Assembly: GCA_963803435.1 (NCBI GenBank) | Contig: CAWDML010000001.1 | Span: 2,912,001-2,976,000 of the forward strand | Origin: an uncultured delta proteobacterium | Lineage (GTDB): Bacteria > Myxococcota > Kuafuiibacteriia > Kuafuiibacteriales > Kuafuiibacteriaceae | Reading direction: 5' to 3' | DNA: 64,000 nucleotides | Shown here: positions 48,231 through 58,377 of the stretch, one piece after another | Position numbering within the stretch: the first letter of the stretch is position 1 | Layout: every line of letters starts with the position of its first letter | Made by a program: the position numbers and the translations under genes | The notes under the pieces: generated by a model | Told to the model about the DNA's origin: nothing | The model's input: the letters and a program-made list of their open reading frames with translations, nothing else | The model's database searches: none

Positions 48231-50180
48231 ATGTTCGTCTCCACCCTTCTGTTCCTGAGCCTCGCCGCCAGCACGGCGCCCGAAACGCCGATGCTCGAGT
48301 GTGAGGACCTTCCTCCGATCATGGGCATGCTCGAGCATGGCCATTACGCCCGCGACCAAGTGGAGCCCGTCGCCGAGAAGCGGAGCGTCGATCAGTTCAT
48401 CGAGTCGCTCGACCCCTCGAAGAACCTCTTGCTCGAGCAAGATGTCCAGCGGCTGCACGGCGACCTCCCGAAGCTGTTCGGGACGATGAAGCGGGGCGAC
48501 TGCCTGGCGCTCGTGCAAGCGGGCGATTCGATCATCTCCCGTGTCCGGGAGGACTACGACATCGTCAAGAAGCTGCTCACCCCCAGCTACAAGCTCGACG
48601 AGAACGTGGAGATCGTCCTCGATCCCGAGAAGCGCGGCTACGCGAAGACCGCCGAGGAGCGGGCCGACCGCGTGCGGCGGATGGTGCACTTCCAGATCTC
48701 GAACTTCCTCGTGGGGGGGCTGGATCTCGAGACCGCCAAGAAGAAGGTGCTGCATCGATACGAGCTCTCCGTGAAGCGCGTCGAGCGACGCCGCAGCAAG
48801 GCGGAGCTGCCGGGGATGTACGCCGAGGCATATGCGACCTCGCTCGATCCCCACTCCTCGTTCCTCTCGGCGGAGACGCTGGCCGACTTCCAGATCCACA
48901 TGCGCCTCTCGCTCGAGGGCATCGGCGCGGTTCTCCGCTCGGACGACGGCTTCACGATCGTCCAGGAGCTGGTACCCGGCGGGCAGGCCGACAAGCTCAA
49001 GCAGCTGCGGCCCAAGGACAAGATCACGGCGGTGGCGCAGGACGGCGAGGAGTCGGTCGACGTCATCGACATGGATCTTCGGGACGTGGTCAGCATGATC
49101 CGCGGCCCCAAGGGCACAAAGGTGACGTTGAGCATCCTTCGCGAGAAGCCCGAGCCCAAGAGGTTCGACGTCACGATCACCCGCGACAAGATCGACGTTC
49201 AGGAGCAAGCGGCGAAGATCCGCTACGAGACCAGGAAGCGCGGCAACAAGGAGTACAAGATCGGCGTCATCGAGCTGCCGTCGTTCTACGGCGGTGACCG
49301 GGACGGGCGCTCCTCCTACATCGACATGCGCCGGCTCCTGAGCGAAGCCCACGAGAAGAACGTCGACGGTGTGGTCCTCGACCTCTCGAAGAACGGCGGC
49401 GGCCTCCTGGAGGACGCGGTCAAGATCTCCGGGCTCTTCCTCAAGACCGGCGGCATCGTCGCGACCAAGTCCTCCGAGGGCGAGGTCGAGGTGCTCGAGG
49501 ACGACGATCCGTCGGTGGTGTTCAACGGTCCCCTGGTGGTGTTGACCAGCCCGGTGAGCGCTTCGGCCTCCGAGATCCTGGCGGGCGCCCTGAAGGACTA
49601 TCACCGCGCGCTGATCGTCGGCGGCGGCCCCAGCACGTTCGGCAAGGGCACCGTCCAGAAGCTCCAGATGCTCCCCCGCAACCTGGGCGCCCTCAAGATC
49701 ACCACCGGCATGTTCTTCCTCCCGTCCGGGAAGTCGACCCAGCAGGTCGGCGTGCTCTCGGACGTCCAGATCCCCTCGATCCTCAGCAGCTACGATCTCG
49801 GCGAGAAGGCCCTCGATTACTCGCTGCCTCCGCAGTCGACCAAGTCGTTCCTCTCGGACGACGCGAACTCGAAGACGTCCGGCGAGCACTGGATTCCGAT
49901 CACCGCCGCGATCCTCCCCAAGCTGAAGGAGCACTCCGCCCAGCGGGTCGCGAAGGATCAGACGATGAAGGAGATCCAAAAGGAGCTGGTCGAGGCCAAG
50001 AAGAAGGAGGGGAAGGTCAAGCTGCTCGACCTCCGCAAGGAGGCGCTCGAGGCGAAGAAGAACAGCAAGAAGGACCACGATCAGGTCCCGGAGGACGACT
50101 CCGACTTCGAGCGATATCAGAAGGCGTTCGTCAACGAGGGCATCGAGGTCGTCGCAGACCTGATCCAGACGCTCTCCTGA
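48231..50180 (+). CDS. prc: Tail-specific (C-terminal processing) protease, S41A
   Basis: LDPHSSFL, LEGIGAVL, PDZ IRGPKGTKV, NGGG, SASASEILAGAL, TFGKGTVQ. Confidence 0.9.
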   Translation: MFVSTLLFLSLAASTAPETPMLECEDLPPIMGMLEHGHYARDQVEPVAEKRSVDQFIESLDPSKNLLLEQDVQRLHGDLPKLFGTMKRGDCLALVQAGDSIISRVREDYDIVKKLLTPSYKLDENVEIVLDPEKRGYAKTAEERADRVRRMVHFQISNFLVGGLDLETAKKKVLHRYELSVKRVERRRSKAELPGMYAEAYATSLDPHSSFLSAETLADFQIHMRLSLEGIGAVLRSDDGFTIVQELVPGGQADKLKQLRPKDKITAVAQDGEESVDVIDMDLRDVVSMIRGPKGTKVTLSILREKPEPKRFDVTITRDKIDVQEQAAKIRYETRKRGNKEYKIGVIELPSFYGGDRDGRSSYIDMRRLLSEAHEKNVDGVVLDLSKNGGGLLEDAVKISGLFLKTGGIVATKSSEGEVEVLEDDDPSVVFNGPLVVLTSPVSASASEILAGALKDYHRALIVGGGPSTFGKGTVQKLQMLPRNLGALKITTGMFFLPSGKSTQQVGVLSDVQIPSILSSYDLGEKALDYSLPPQSTKSFLSDDANSKTSGEHWIPITAAILPKLKEHSAQRVAKDQTMKEIQKELVEAKKKEGKVKLLDLRKEALEAKKNSKKDHDQVPEDDSDFERYQKAFVNEGIEVVADLIQTLS

Positions 50181-50201
50181 AGCCTCGGCAGCCCCTCCCC
50201 C

Positions 50202-50384
50202 TCACTCCCGCGCGATCTCGCGCACCGCATCGTCGACGATCTGAACGAAGCGTGAGCGCGCGAGCTGCCGGCGCTCCTTGCGTCCCAGCTCGGGGTGCTC
50301 GTCCTGCAGCTCCTCCTGGATCGCCGTCCAGAGCGTTCTCAGCTCGTTCTCGAGCCGCTTGAGGTCCGACACGCGCTGGTTCAA
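50202..50384 (-). CDS. Small helical hypothetical protein (~60 aa)
   Basis: TTG start overlapping the upstream stop; NQRVSDLKRLENELRTLWTAIQEEL... Confidence 0.55.
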   Translation of the reverse strand: MNQRVSDLKRLENELRTLWTAIQEELQDEHPELGRKERRQLARSRFVQIVDDAVREIARE

Positions 50385-50881
50385 CCACCGCGGTAGGTCT
50401 GCATGCAAGCGTTGGCGCAGTCGACCAGCGTCGCGTCGCAGGCATCGAAGTCGGACTGGCCGAGCTGATCGCAGAGGGCGCACTGGTTCGGATCGCCGCA
50501 CGAGTCGAAGCAGGCGTCGGCGCGACGGAGAGCGCGCTCGGCACAAGCGGCGCGGTCGGTGAAGCACGCGGCGGCACACGACTCGATCTTCGACTGCGGC
50601 TCGTCTCCACAGGCGTGGTGGCAGGCGCTGGCCACCAGCAGCGCAGAGGAGTAGCAGCGGCCGTCCGCCTGGAAGCAGGCGATCTGCTGCTCGACCGAGA
50701 GCGTGGGATCGTTCGTGCAGTGGTCGAGCGTGGCGCCACACGGGGCCGTGTCGCTCCGAAGTCGATCGGCGCACGGCATGCACTCGGGCGTGTCGACGCC
50801 GCCGTCGAGATCCAGGGGATTCGTCCCGGCTTCACCCCCACACGACGCGGCCAGGACGGCGGCCAGCAGCCACGATCTCAT
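50381..50881 (-). CDS. Cys-rich helical lipoprotein
   Basis: Lipobox AASC; repeated CxxxC pattern. Confidence 0.65.
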   Translation of the reverse strand: MRSWLLAAVLAASCGGEAGTNPLDLDGGVDTPECMPCADRLRSDTAPCGATLDHCTNDPTLSVEQQIACFQADGRCYSSALLVASACHHACGDEPQSKIESCAAACFTDRAACAERALRRADACFDSCGDPNQCALCDQLGQSDFDACDATLVDCANACMQTYRGG

Positions 50882-52305
50882 AGACACTGCCCCGTGTTCG
50901 CGTCGCAGAGCATTCCGGCCTGACAGGGATAGACGCCGGAGTCACAGCGATAGAAGCACAGCCCCGGATTGCCGACGTCGAGGCGGCATGTGAACCCCGG
51001 GTTGGCAGCGCATTCCAAGCTGCTGGTGCACAACGGAAGACACCAGGCGTCGGTGGTGACGGTCGAGAACGCGCAGGTCGCCCCGGTCGGGCAGGCGTGG
51101 AGCTGGGTGCAGTCGGCGCTGCAGATGCCGAGCTGGGCGAGGCAGTTTGCCGAGCTGCACTCCATATCGACCGTGCACGGCGCGGTCAGGTTGCCGAGCG
51201 GCTGCGGAGGCTCGAGGCAGGCGCCGAGCTGGCCGCCCGGAGGCACGTTGCAGACAGTGCCCTGCACCTTGGTGTCGCAGAAGCCTTGGGCCTCGGGCAC
51301 GCGGCAAAGCGAGGTGCAGACGCCAGGATTGGAGCCGAACTGGTGGCAGACGAAGTTCTCGTACATGTCGCAGTCGTTCTGGGTGTTGCACGGCGCCGCG
51401 TAGTTGGCCGCGGTGGAGAGGTTCTGGTCGAGGCACACGCCGTCGCCCGTGGACCGGAGCCAGCAGGCCTCACCGATCGGACATTGACCGAGCGCGAACG
51501 GATCGCAGGCCGGCCTGCACTCGCAGCCCGCGCCCCCGGCGCAGTCCAGGCCGGTGGGGTCGACGCAGAGCTCGCCCCCCACGCATCCGCTCTGGCACCC
51601 GCTCGGCTGCCCTGCGTCCGCGCCGCCGTCCGTGCCGGTGTCGGGCGAGGCGGCGTCAGGATCGCCATCCGGCCCGCTGTCGGCGCCGCTGTCCGGTCCG
51701 CTGTCCGGTCCGCTGTCCGTTCCGCCGTCCGTTCCGCCGTCGACGCCGCTGTCGAGCGGGTTCATACCGCCGTCGCCGCCTGCGTCGGCCTCCACGCCGC
51801 TGTCCGGCGCGGGGCCGCCGTCGGGATGGACACCGGCGTCGTGGAGAAGCTCGTCGCCCGGCTCGATCGCGGGCAAGGTGGCCACGTCGACGAAGGCGCT
51901 GGCACAGCCGAGCTCGGTGCAAGTGCGACCTTCGCCGCAGTCTGTGCTGCTGCACTGGCGCGCCAGGAAGATCGGGAGCAGGCGGGTCTCGCCTTCGACG
52001 AACCCGACGATCGCGGCGCGATCCACCAGGAGCTCGTCGTTCGGCGTGAGGCCCTGGATCAGGACCTGGATCTGCTCCCTCGACAGGTCGCCGCCTTCGA
52101 TCCCGAAGGACAGCGGCAGCCCGTACGTCCCCAGATCGAAGACCTCGGAGCCGAGCGATTCACCCGCGTCGTCCGAGACGATCGTCTGGACCGAGGCCAG
52201 CTCCTTCGGCACCTCGAAGTCGGAGTCCACGACCACCACCAGCTGAGTCGGCGACTGGCACGCGGCTGCGACGAAGGCGAGCGATGTGAACAGGATCGAC
52301 CGCAC
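50878..52305 (-). CDS. Cys-rich lipoprotein with D(S/G)Gx low-complexity linker
   Basis: Lipobox AAAC; N-terminal TQLVVVVDSD domain; tandem tetrapeptides; disulfide-rich C-terminus. Confidence 0.75.
   Translation of the reverse strand: MRSILFTSLAFVAAACQSPTQLVVVVDSDFEVPKELASVQTIVSDDAGESLGSEVFDLGTYGLPLSFGIEGGDLSREQIQVLIQGLTPNDELLVDRAAIVGFVEGETRLLPIFLARQCSSTDCGEGRTCTELGCASAFVDVATLPAIEPGDELLHDAGVHPDGGPAPDSGVEADAGGDGGMNPLDSGVDGGTDGGTDSGPDSGPDSGADSGPDGDPDAASPDTGTDGGADAGQPSGCQSGCVGGELCVDPTGLDCAGGAGCECRPACDPFALGQCPIGEACWLRSTGDGVCLDQNLSTAANYAAPCNTQNDCDMYENFVCHQFGSNPGVCTSLCRVPEAQGFCDTKVQGTVCNVPPGGQLGACLEPPQPLGNLTAPCTVDMECSSANCLAQLGICSADCTQLHACPTGATCAFSTVTTDAWCLPLCTSSLECAANPGFTCRLDVGNPGLCFYRCDSGVYPCQAGMLCDANTGQCL
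51668..51756 (-). repeat. Intragenic 12-bp degenerate tandem repeat encoding DSGP/DGGT
   Basis: CCGCTGTCCGGT / CCGCCGTCCGTT units. Confidence 0.7.
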
Positions 52306-52306
52306 T

Positions 52307-52951
52307 CTATCTCTCCAACCTGATGCTCACGTCCGTCGTCCCGCCGTACGGCTGCTCGCGACTGAGCAACACACCGGCCGTGGTGGCACCGCCGGCGACC
52401 ACCACCGCCCCGACCGCGATCCACAGCCACGGGCTGGTCCAGATGGATCCTCCGTCGGCCTGGGCCGGCGGTGGAGGAGGCGGCGGCGTCACCGCAGGCG
52501 GAGGTGGTGGTGCCGGCGGCGGTGGAGGCGGCGCGGCCTGCGGGCTCGCCGGACAGGTCCAGTCGGCGCGTTCGAAGTCCCTGGCGTGACGGACCTCGAC
52601 GGCGCGCTCGCTCAGGCCCACCTTCTGGAACGCCTTCGCACAGGCGAAGAGGCGCTGCACCTCGCCGTGATGCTCGTGCTCGGACAGCTCGATCTTCGGA
52701 TCGAAGTAGAGCGCTCGAAGGAAGGAGAGCACCGAGGAGAGCCGCTTGCCCTCCACCTGATCGATGATCCCGCGCTGGCGCTGAATGCGAGCGAGGAGCG
52801 GAGGATCGGTCGTGTGCGACTCGGCGTCGTCGAGGAACCGGCGCGCCCCCGGCAGGTCGCCCCGCCCGAAGGCCACGATCCCTCGTGTCAACTCACCCTG
52901 CGGATCCGGATTGGCCGAGATGAGTGCGAGGCAGAGCAGGACCGAGATCAT
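52307..52951 (-). CDS. Exported TPR-like protein with Pro-rich linker and C-terminal hydrophobic segment
   Basis: Signal peptide, TPR-like helices (FLRALYFDP), PPPPP, WTSPWLWIAVGAVVVAGG. Confidence 0.65.
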   Translation of the reverse strand: MISVLLCLALISANPDPQGELTRGIVAFGRGDLPGARRFLDDAESHTTDPPLLARIQRQRGIIDQVEGKRLSSVLSFLRALYFDPKIELSEHEHHGEVQRLFACAKAFQKVGLSERAVEVRHARDFERADWTCPASPQAAPPPPPPAPPPPPAVTPPPPPPPAQADGGSIWTSPWLWIAVGAVVVAGGATTAGVLLSREQPYGGTTDVSIRLER

Positions 52952-54513
52952 CTCAGGTCCACCACCACGTCGAGGTTGGTAGTCTGCCCGTCCTCGATCT
53001 CGACCTCTTGAACCTTGATCGGGAACCCGACGGCCTCGATCTCGATCCGACGACGGCCCACCCTCGCCTTGATCTCGAGCGGTGCCGTCCGATCCACCAG
53101 CTTGCCATCGACCTTCACCTTCGCCGGCACCTGGCGGCCCGCGGTGGTCCAGGCGGCGAGCTTGATCCGGCCGTACCTGATCGCGGGCGCGGTCGCCGGT
53201 GGCGGAACGACCGGCGGCGCCGACGGCGGCACCGCCACCCGGACGTGCGGTCGCCGCCGCTTCTTCTCCGTCCGTTCGTGCGGGACCGGCTTCTCGGGCT
53301 TGGCGGCGTTCTCCACCACCACCGGAGGCGGAGGCGGCGGTGCCACCTCGACCGGCGGCGGAGGCGGCGGGTCGAGCGGCGTCACCACCAGGGGTCGTTC
53401 GGGCCTGAGCGATAGGTAGGCGATCGCACCGCCCGCCAGGGCCAGACCCGCCGCCAGGATCACGAACGGCCAGCGGGACGGGGCGGCGTGCGTCGTGTAG
53501 AGGCTCCCCTCGGCGGCCAGGGTGTTCATGGGCGACGAGGACTCCGGCAGCGGTGGGTACGTCGGCGGGGGTCGAGGCGTGGGCGCCGGGGGCGGCACCA
53601 AGGTGGTGGGGCGCGCGGCGTCGAACCCCACCGGCACCGGGCTCGACGTCAGCCGCGACCGGAGGTGGCGGAGCTCCTCGATCAGCGCCTCGGTGGTCGG
53701 CCTCCGCTCCGGCTCGAGCACGATGCACGCACGAATGATCGCGCGAAGCTCCTCGTGGTGGGGAAGCTCGGCCGCAAGCTCGATCTTCGGCGGGCTCTGC
53801 GCGAGCTTGGAGCGGAGCACCTGCGTGTTGGTGCCGGTGAAGAGGCGGCGACCGCCCACGAGCTCGTAGAGGATCTCGCCGATCGCATACACGTCGGTCC
53901 GCGCGGAGACCTCGTCTCCGGACACCTGCTCCGGTGCCATGTACGCCGGCGTCCCGAGCACGATCCCCGTCTGGGTCTTGTGGCCGGAGCCCGGACCCGA
54001 CGCCTTCGCGATCCCGAAGTCCAGAACCTTGATCACCGGCACCTGCGAGCAGTCGCCCAGCGTCTGGGTCGTGAAGTGGAGGTTGGCCGGCTTCAGGTCG
54101 CGGTGGATCGCGCCGATCGCGTGGACGACGGCGAGACCGTCGAGCACCTGGAGGATCGCGTTGATCGACTGAGGGACGGTGAGCGGGCCGTTCACCTTGA
54201 GATGACGGTCGAGCGAATCGCCCTCGAGGTACTCCATGATGAAGGCGACGCGACGCGGATCTTCGGTGTGCACGAAGTCGATGACGTCGACGATGTTCGG
54301 GTGGCGGACGTCGTTGACGATCCGCGCCTCGTGGAAGAATCGGGAGACCAGCTGCTCGTTGCCGGCCAGCTCGGCGTCGAGGACCTTGACCGCGGCGGCA
54401 CGCCCCAGCAGGCGATGCTTGCCCAGGTAGACGGTCCCCATGCCGCCCCGCCCGAGCACGCGCTCGAGCACGTACCCTCCGATGACTTCGGAGAGCTCGA
54501 CCGGCTTCACCAC
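52948..54513 (-). CDS. Membrane Ser/Thr kinase with C-terminal PEGA-like domain
   Basis: LGRGGMG, AVKVL, HRDLKPAN, DFGIAK, GTPAYMAPEQ; TM helix; PAKVKVDGK...GRRRIEI. Confidence 0.92.
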   Translation of the reverse strand: MVKPVELSEVIGGYVLERVLGRGGMGTVYLGKHRLLGRAAAVKVLDAELAGNEQLVSRFFHEARIVNDVRHPNIVDVIDFVHTEDPRRVAFIMEYLEGDSLDRHLKVNGPLTVPQSINAILQVLDGLAVVHAIGAIHRDLKPANLHFTTQTLGDCSQVPVIKVLDFGIAKASGPGSGHKTQTGIVLGTPAYMAPEQVSGDEVSARTDVYAIGEILYELVGGRRLFTGTNTQVLRSKLAQSPPKIELAAELPHHEELRAIIRACIVLEPERRPTTEALIEELRHLRSRLTSSPVPVGFDAARPTTLVPPPAPTPRPPPTYPPLPESSSPMNTLAAEGSLYTTHAAPSRWPFVILAAGLALAGGAIAYLSLRPERPLVVTPLDPPPPPPVEVAPPPPPPVVVENAAKPEKPVPHERTEKKRRRPHVRVAVPPSAPPVVPPPATAPAIRYGRIKLAAWTTAGRQVPAKVKVDGKLVDRTAPLEIKARVGRRRIEIEAVGFPIKVQEVEIEDGQTTNLDVVVDLR

Positions 54514-54537
54514 GGCACTCTTTTGGGTATCACACTC

Positions 54538-55209
54538 TCACTGCGGCGGGCAGAGGATGTCCTTCGGGATGACATCCAACACGGTGATCGTGAGCGGATA
54601 CTCCGGTTCACAGAATCCCGAGACGTTGCAGCGAAGCTCCTCGGGGCAGGCGCCGCAGGCCCAGGGCGCTTCGGGCGGGGGCGGGCCGTATCCCACCGGC
54701 CCGGTCTCGGGACAGTCGAGCGGCGGCCGCACCACCGAGAAGCCCTTCGCGAGGGCCGCATGGCTGGGGCTCTCCTCCATCGGGACCGCATCGCGCGCGA
54801 ACACGAGTGCATTCTGCACCGCCCCGCCCACCATCCGATCGGCGGCGCTGAAGAAGCCATCGTGATCCTCGTCGACGTAGATCAAGAGCATGGCCACTGC
54901 GTACCGGCCGTCGGAGACCACGTAGTGCTCATCCGAGGGCGGCTCGAACACGCGGACCTCGAACGTCGCCGGGAACCGGACCTCCGCGGTGACCGAGGTC
55001 TGCTCGATCAGCTGCAGCGGGCTCGACGGGTTCAGGTTGGGCACCCAGAACAACGAAGCGCGCACCTCGTCGCCGAGGCTGAGGCCGTGGAGCTGTTCGG
55101 GCGCGTTGATCGTGCCCTCGACGTACCAGATCGGTTCTCCGCGATAGGAGGTGTCCACGATCGGATCGCCGCAGGCGAACAACAGCAGGAGCAGCGGAAG
55201 GCTCCGCAT
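54538..55209 (-). CDS. Hypothetical lipoprotein
   Basis: MRSLPLLLLLFAC lipobox; YRGEP and FPATFEV motifs. Confidence 0.7.
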   Translation of the reverse strand: MRSLPLLLLLFACGDPIVDTSYRGEPIWYVEGTINAPEQLHGLSLGDEVRASLFWVPNLNPSSPLQLIEQTSVTAEVRFPATFEVRVFEPPSDEHYVVSDGRYAVAMLLIYVDEDHDGFFSAADRMVGGAVQNALVFARDAVPMEESPSHAALAKGFSVVRPPLDCPETGPVGYGPPPPEAPWACGACPEELRCNVSGFCEPEYPLTITVLDVIPKDILCPPQ

Positions 55210-56786
55210 CACAGCCTCCATCCGGCGCCCAGGCCGGCCCACCAGGTGAGCGGGGTCGCGATCTCGTCTCCGGTCAGCGCGCCGCCGCGCGTGATGCCGC
55301 GCCGGTAGACCTGCGACATCGGCCCGCCCTCGATCCGGAGGATCAGCTCCGGGATCAGCTCGGCCTCGACCGCGAACAGCCCGCCAAAGCCGAACGCGAA
55401 CGACGAGCGATCCGGCGCGTCCTCACCGCCGGCGAACACCTGGCGGTGATAGATCCCCTCCGCCACCAGCCCGAGCGACAGGCTGAAGATCCATAGATCG
55501 ATGTATCGCTCTGCGGTCAGCCGCAGCGCCACCTCGTGATCGCTCGAGGCGAGCCTGCTGCCCGTCGCCACGGCGCGGCTCATCGACCAGCGGGCGCCGA
55601 GCCCCAGCGAGAACCACTCGAGGTCGAGGCCGTAGCCGAGGAGCACGTTCGGGGTGACGCCGTGGCCCTCGATCATCGGGCCCCGCGCAGCACCGCTGAC
55701 CATGATCCGATGGATCGCGGTGCGCGTGCCGCCGCCCTTTCGGAGCAGTCGCGAGTACGCGAGATCCTCGTACGCCGCCGTCTCGAGCTGCACCCGCCCG
55801 TTCTCGACCAGCTCGAGCTGGTACTCCCGATAGCTGCTGGCGGCGCGCTTCTGCACCACGTACCGGCCGGGCGAGAGGAGCAGCTCGGTACCGCGCTCCT
55901 CCACCTGCAGCTCGGCGATCATGTTGCCTCCCGCGTGCCCCTCCATGATCAGGTATGCCCCGGGCACGTCGATCCGCAGCCGGCCCGAGCGCGTGTGGTG
56001 ATCGTCGAGGTAGGTGAGGACGAAGTCGCCCTTGCCCTTGATGTCGTACAGGTACGTGGGGTGCTGCAGGCGCAGCGTTCGGCCGGTCGAGCGGATCGTC
56101 TCCTTGTACGCGTAGCTGTACGCCTCGTTGAGCGTGACGTGAGTGTCGTGATCGCGGTCGGCAGCGCCGCGCAGCGCGTTGACGAAGTGGTGCGTGAAGA
56201 ATGAGGCGCCCAGCGACTCCGACTCCTGGCTGTCCTCGGAGCCGGCGCTCGAGGTGATGATGGCGGTGCCCTCGGCGTCGAGGCGATCGTCGAGGCGGAT
56301 CGCGAAGGGCGCCGCGGGGCGGGCTCCCTTGATCCGCGTGATGCCGCCCGACCGGCACGAGTCGACGATCAGCACGCGCACGCGCGCCGCCGAGCTCTCG
56401 ACGATCGCCTTGAGCTCGTCGAACGGCAGCGTGGTCGTACCCAGGTGGAGACCGACGGCGTCGGCGTGGCCTGAGTAGTAGATCACGAGCGCGTGGTCCG
56501 GCGCGCCGTCACCTTGAGCAGCACGGATGCGGGCGTTCATCCGCAGCAGGACGCCGCGGAGCGAGGGCGCGTCCTCGCCCGTGAGGAGGACCGTGTTCTC
56601 GCCGGTGACCCGCCCCAGCCGGCGAAGGACATCCGCGAACTCGGTCGCGTCCTCTTCGGCGTAGCTGAGCCGAGGCTCGTCCGCGTGTCCGAAGTTGTTG
56701 CCGATGGAGACGACGAAGGTGGCGCCCAGGGCCGTCTTGGTCGATGCGAGCAAGAGGAGGGCGGCGGTCGGGAGCGCTCCCCTCAT
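55209..56786 (-). CDS. Exported caspase-family (C14) protease with C-terminal beta-barrel-like region
   Basis: Signal peptide; YYSGHAD (His) and IVDSCRSG (Cys); FFTHHFVNALRGAAD; alternating beta-strands ending GAGWRL. Confidence 0.85.
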   Translation of the reverse strand: MRGALPTAALLLLASTKTALGATFVVSIGNNFGHADEPRLSYAEEDATEFADVLRRLGRVTGENTVLLTGEDAPSLRGVLLRMNARIRAAQGDGAPDHALVIYYSGHADAVGLHLGTTTLPFDELKAIVESSAARVRVLIVDSCRSGGITRIKGARPAAPFAIRLDDRLDAEGTAIITSSAGSEDSQESESLGASFFTHHFVNALRGAADRDHDTHVTLNEAYSYAYKETIRSTGRTLRLQHPTYLYDIKGKGDFVLTYLDDHHTRSGRLRIDVPGAYLIMEGHAGGNMIAELQVEERGTELLLSPGRYVVQKRAASSYREYQLELVENGRVQLETAAYEDLAYSRLLRKGGGTRTAIHRIMVSGAARGPMIEGHGVTPNVLLGYGLDLEWFSLGLGARWSMSRAVATGSRLASSDHEVALRLTAERYIDLWIFSLSLGLVAEGIYHRQVFAGGEDAPDRSSFAFGFGGLFAVEAELIPELILRIEGGPMSQVYRRGITRGGALTGDEIATPLTWWAGLGAGWRL

Positions 56787-57562
56787 TCGATGTCCTTGTC
56801 GAGGACGAAGGGCGTGCTCATGCAGCCGAGCGGCGACACGATCCGACCGTCCTCGATCGTCACCTGATCGAGCGAGAACGGCGCCGGACACAGGATCGCG
56901 TGGAGCTGCTCGCGCCCGCGGGAGCCGTCGAGCTCGACGGCACCCGGAAGGATCCGCTTCGTGGTCTCGATCTGGCCCACCGATCGCTGCCCGTCGCGCG
57001 CGTAGCAGGGGAAGGTATCGCCGCCGGCCTCGACTCCGACGATCATCAGCTGCCCCGGCTGCGGCAGATCCACCTCGAACCGCAGGCGATCGCCCGGCTC
57101 GAAGCGCTCGCCGGACAGCATCCGCTCCACGTCGCCGCGGCGCTCGCGGTACACGACCAGCCCGAGACCGCCCTTCGGGTGCACGACCTCGGCCGGCCGC
57201 GAAGGGTACGCGGTGAAGAAGGCGCCGGCGGCAGCGGTCGCGATCATCGCGACCGGAGCGAGCAGCGCGCGGAGTCGGCCCGCCGGCGGTTTCACTCGAT
57301 CGAGCCATCGAGCCCACCACGAGCGGCGCCCGCGCTCGATCAGGCCCCGCTGGATCTCCGCCAGCATCAGGCGGCGGAGCTCGGGCCGGAGCGGCCGTGC
57401 GTGGATCGCCATCCGGCGGGCGCAGGCGGGACAGACGTCCACGTGCGCCGTGACCGGATGTGCGCGGTCGAGCTCCTCGAGGGACAGGCGGTCGAGCTCG
57501 AGATCCGAGGGACACTCGGGCGCGAGGTCTCGCGCCAAGCCCAGCTTGCGCAACGTGCTCAT
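56783..57562 (-). CDS. Zinc-finger (ZAS) anti-sigma factor with TM helix and DUF4384-like periplasmic domain
   Basis: HVDVCPAC (HxxxCxxC); TM helix; KGG; PGDRLRF; VELDG..GRE. Confidence 0.75.
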   Translation of the reverse strand: MSTLRKLGLARDLAPECPSDLELDRLSLEELDRAHPVTAHVDVCPACARRMAIHARPLRPELRRLMLAEIQRGLIERGRRSWWARWLDRVKPPAGRLRALLAPVAMIATAAAGAFFTAYPSRPAEVVHPKGGLGLVVYRERRGDVERMLSGERFEPGDRLRFEVDLPQPGQLMIVGVEAGGDTFPCYARDGQRSVGQIETTKRILPGAVELDGSRGREQLHAILCPAPFSLDQVTIEDGRIVSPLGCMSTPFVLDKDIE

Positions 57563-58098
57563 GACCGGCTCCAGAAGAAAGTCGGCGTAGGGGTCAGCAC
57601 CGGCTCGAACTCGTCCGCGCCCGGTCGGGCGAGACGCTCCCTGGCGAACCGCTCGAAGCGCGCCAGCAGGTTGCCGATGGTGCGGCGGGAGACGCCGAGC
57701 AACTGGGCCGCCTCGGCGTGGCTCATGCCGTCCACGTGGACGTAGATCGCCGCCAGCGCCCACGGCTCCTCGGCCTCGGCGAGCAGCGTCCGCGCGAGAA
57801 TGTAGCGATCGTTCGTCGGCATGGCCGCGTGCTCGCGATCGCCGAAGTGCTCCTGGTTCAGCTCGCGTCGCCGCTTGGCGTCGCGAATCCAGTTGAGACA
57901 GACGTTGGTCGTGATCCGGTAGAGCCACGTGGTGACGTGGCTCCGGTGCTCGAAGCGGTCGGCGTTGAGGAAGGCCCGGATGAACACCTCCTGCGTGACG
58001 TCCTTCGCCTCGTCCTCGTTGCCGAGGATCCCTTTGGCCCGCCGAAAGACCATGGGGCCATACCGTTCGAAGATCGCCTCGAGCTCAGCCTTCGTCAT
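57559..58098 (-). CDS. ECF sigma factor
   Basis: AKDVTQEVF, TWLYRITTNVCLN, DGMSHAEAAQLLGVSRRT. Confidence 0.9.
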   Translation of the reverse strand: MTKAELEAIFERYGPMVFRRAKGILGNEDEAKDVTQEVFIRAFLNADRFEHRSHVTTWLYRITTNVCLNWIRDAKRRRELNQEHFGDREHAAMPTNDRYILARTLLAEAEEPWALAAIYVHVDGMSHAEAAQLLGVSRRTIGNLLARFERFARERLARPGADEFEPVLTPTPTFFWSRS

Positions 58099-58266
58099 GG
58101 TTCATCCGATCTACCGGCGGCAGCCCGAGCCGGGTCATATCTCTCTCATTTCGGCCATTTGCGTCCGCGCGTACGCCTCCGGTGTTGGACACGCCGTGAC
58201 CGGCCGACGGGCAAGGTGTCACGCTCGACTCGCTTCGCGCCTAGAGGGGGTCGAAAGGAGGACAAC

Positions 58267-58374
58267 ATGAAGAGGATCATGACCTGGTCGTTGCTGGCCC
58301 TCGTGCTCGGCGTACCGGCGGTCGCGCTGGCCGCGAACGCCGCCGGCTTCTCGTGCTGCCCGTTCTGCCACTGA
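58267..58374 (+). CDS. 35-aa exported peptide ending in CCPFCH
   Basis: AAGGAGG RBS with good spacing; MKRIMTWSLLALVLGVPAVALAANAAGFSCCPFCH; next gene starts 3 nt after the stop. Confidence 0.75.
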   Translation: MKRIMTWSLLALVLGVPAVALAANAAGFSCCPFCH

Positions 58375-58377
58375 GGC

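Noticed and set aside
19095-50180. Concentration of proteases (tricorn, M48, PepQ, Prc) as one system
   Set aside because: They are scattered in separate transcription units; this fits a proteolytic lifestyle but not a single locus.
51668-51756. Short tandem repeats as a CRISPR array
   Set aside because: 12-bp in-frame units with no spacers, encoding a linker; no cas genes in the window.
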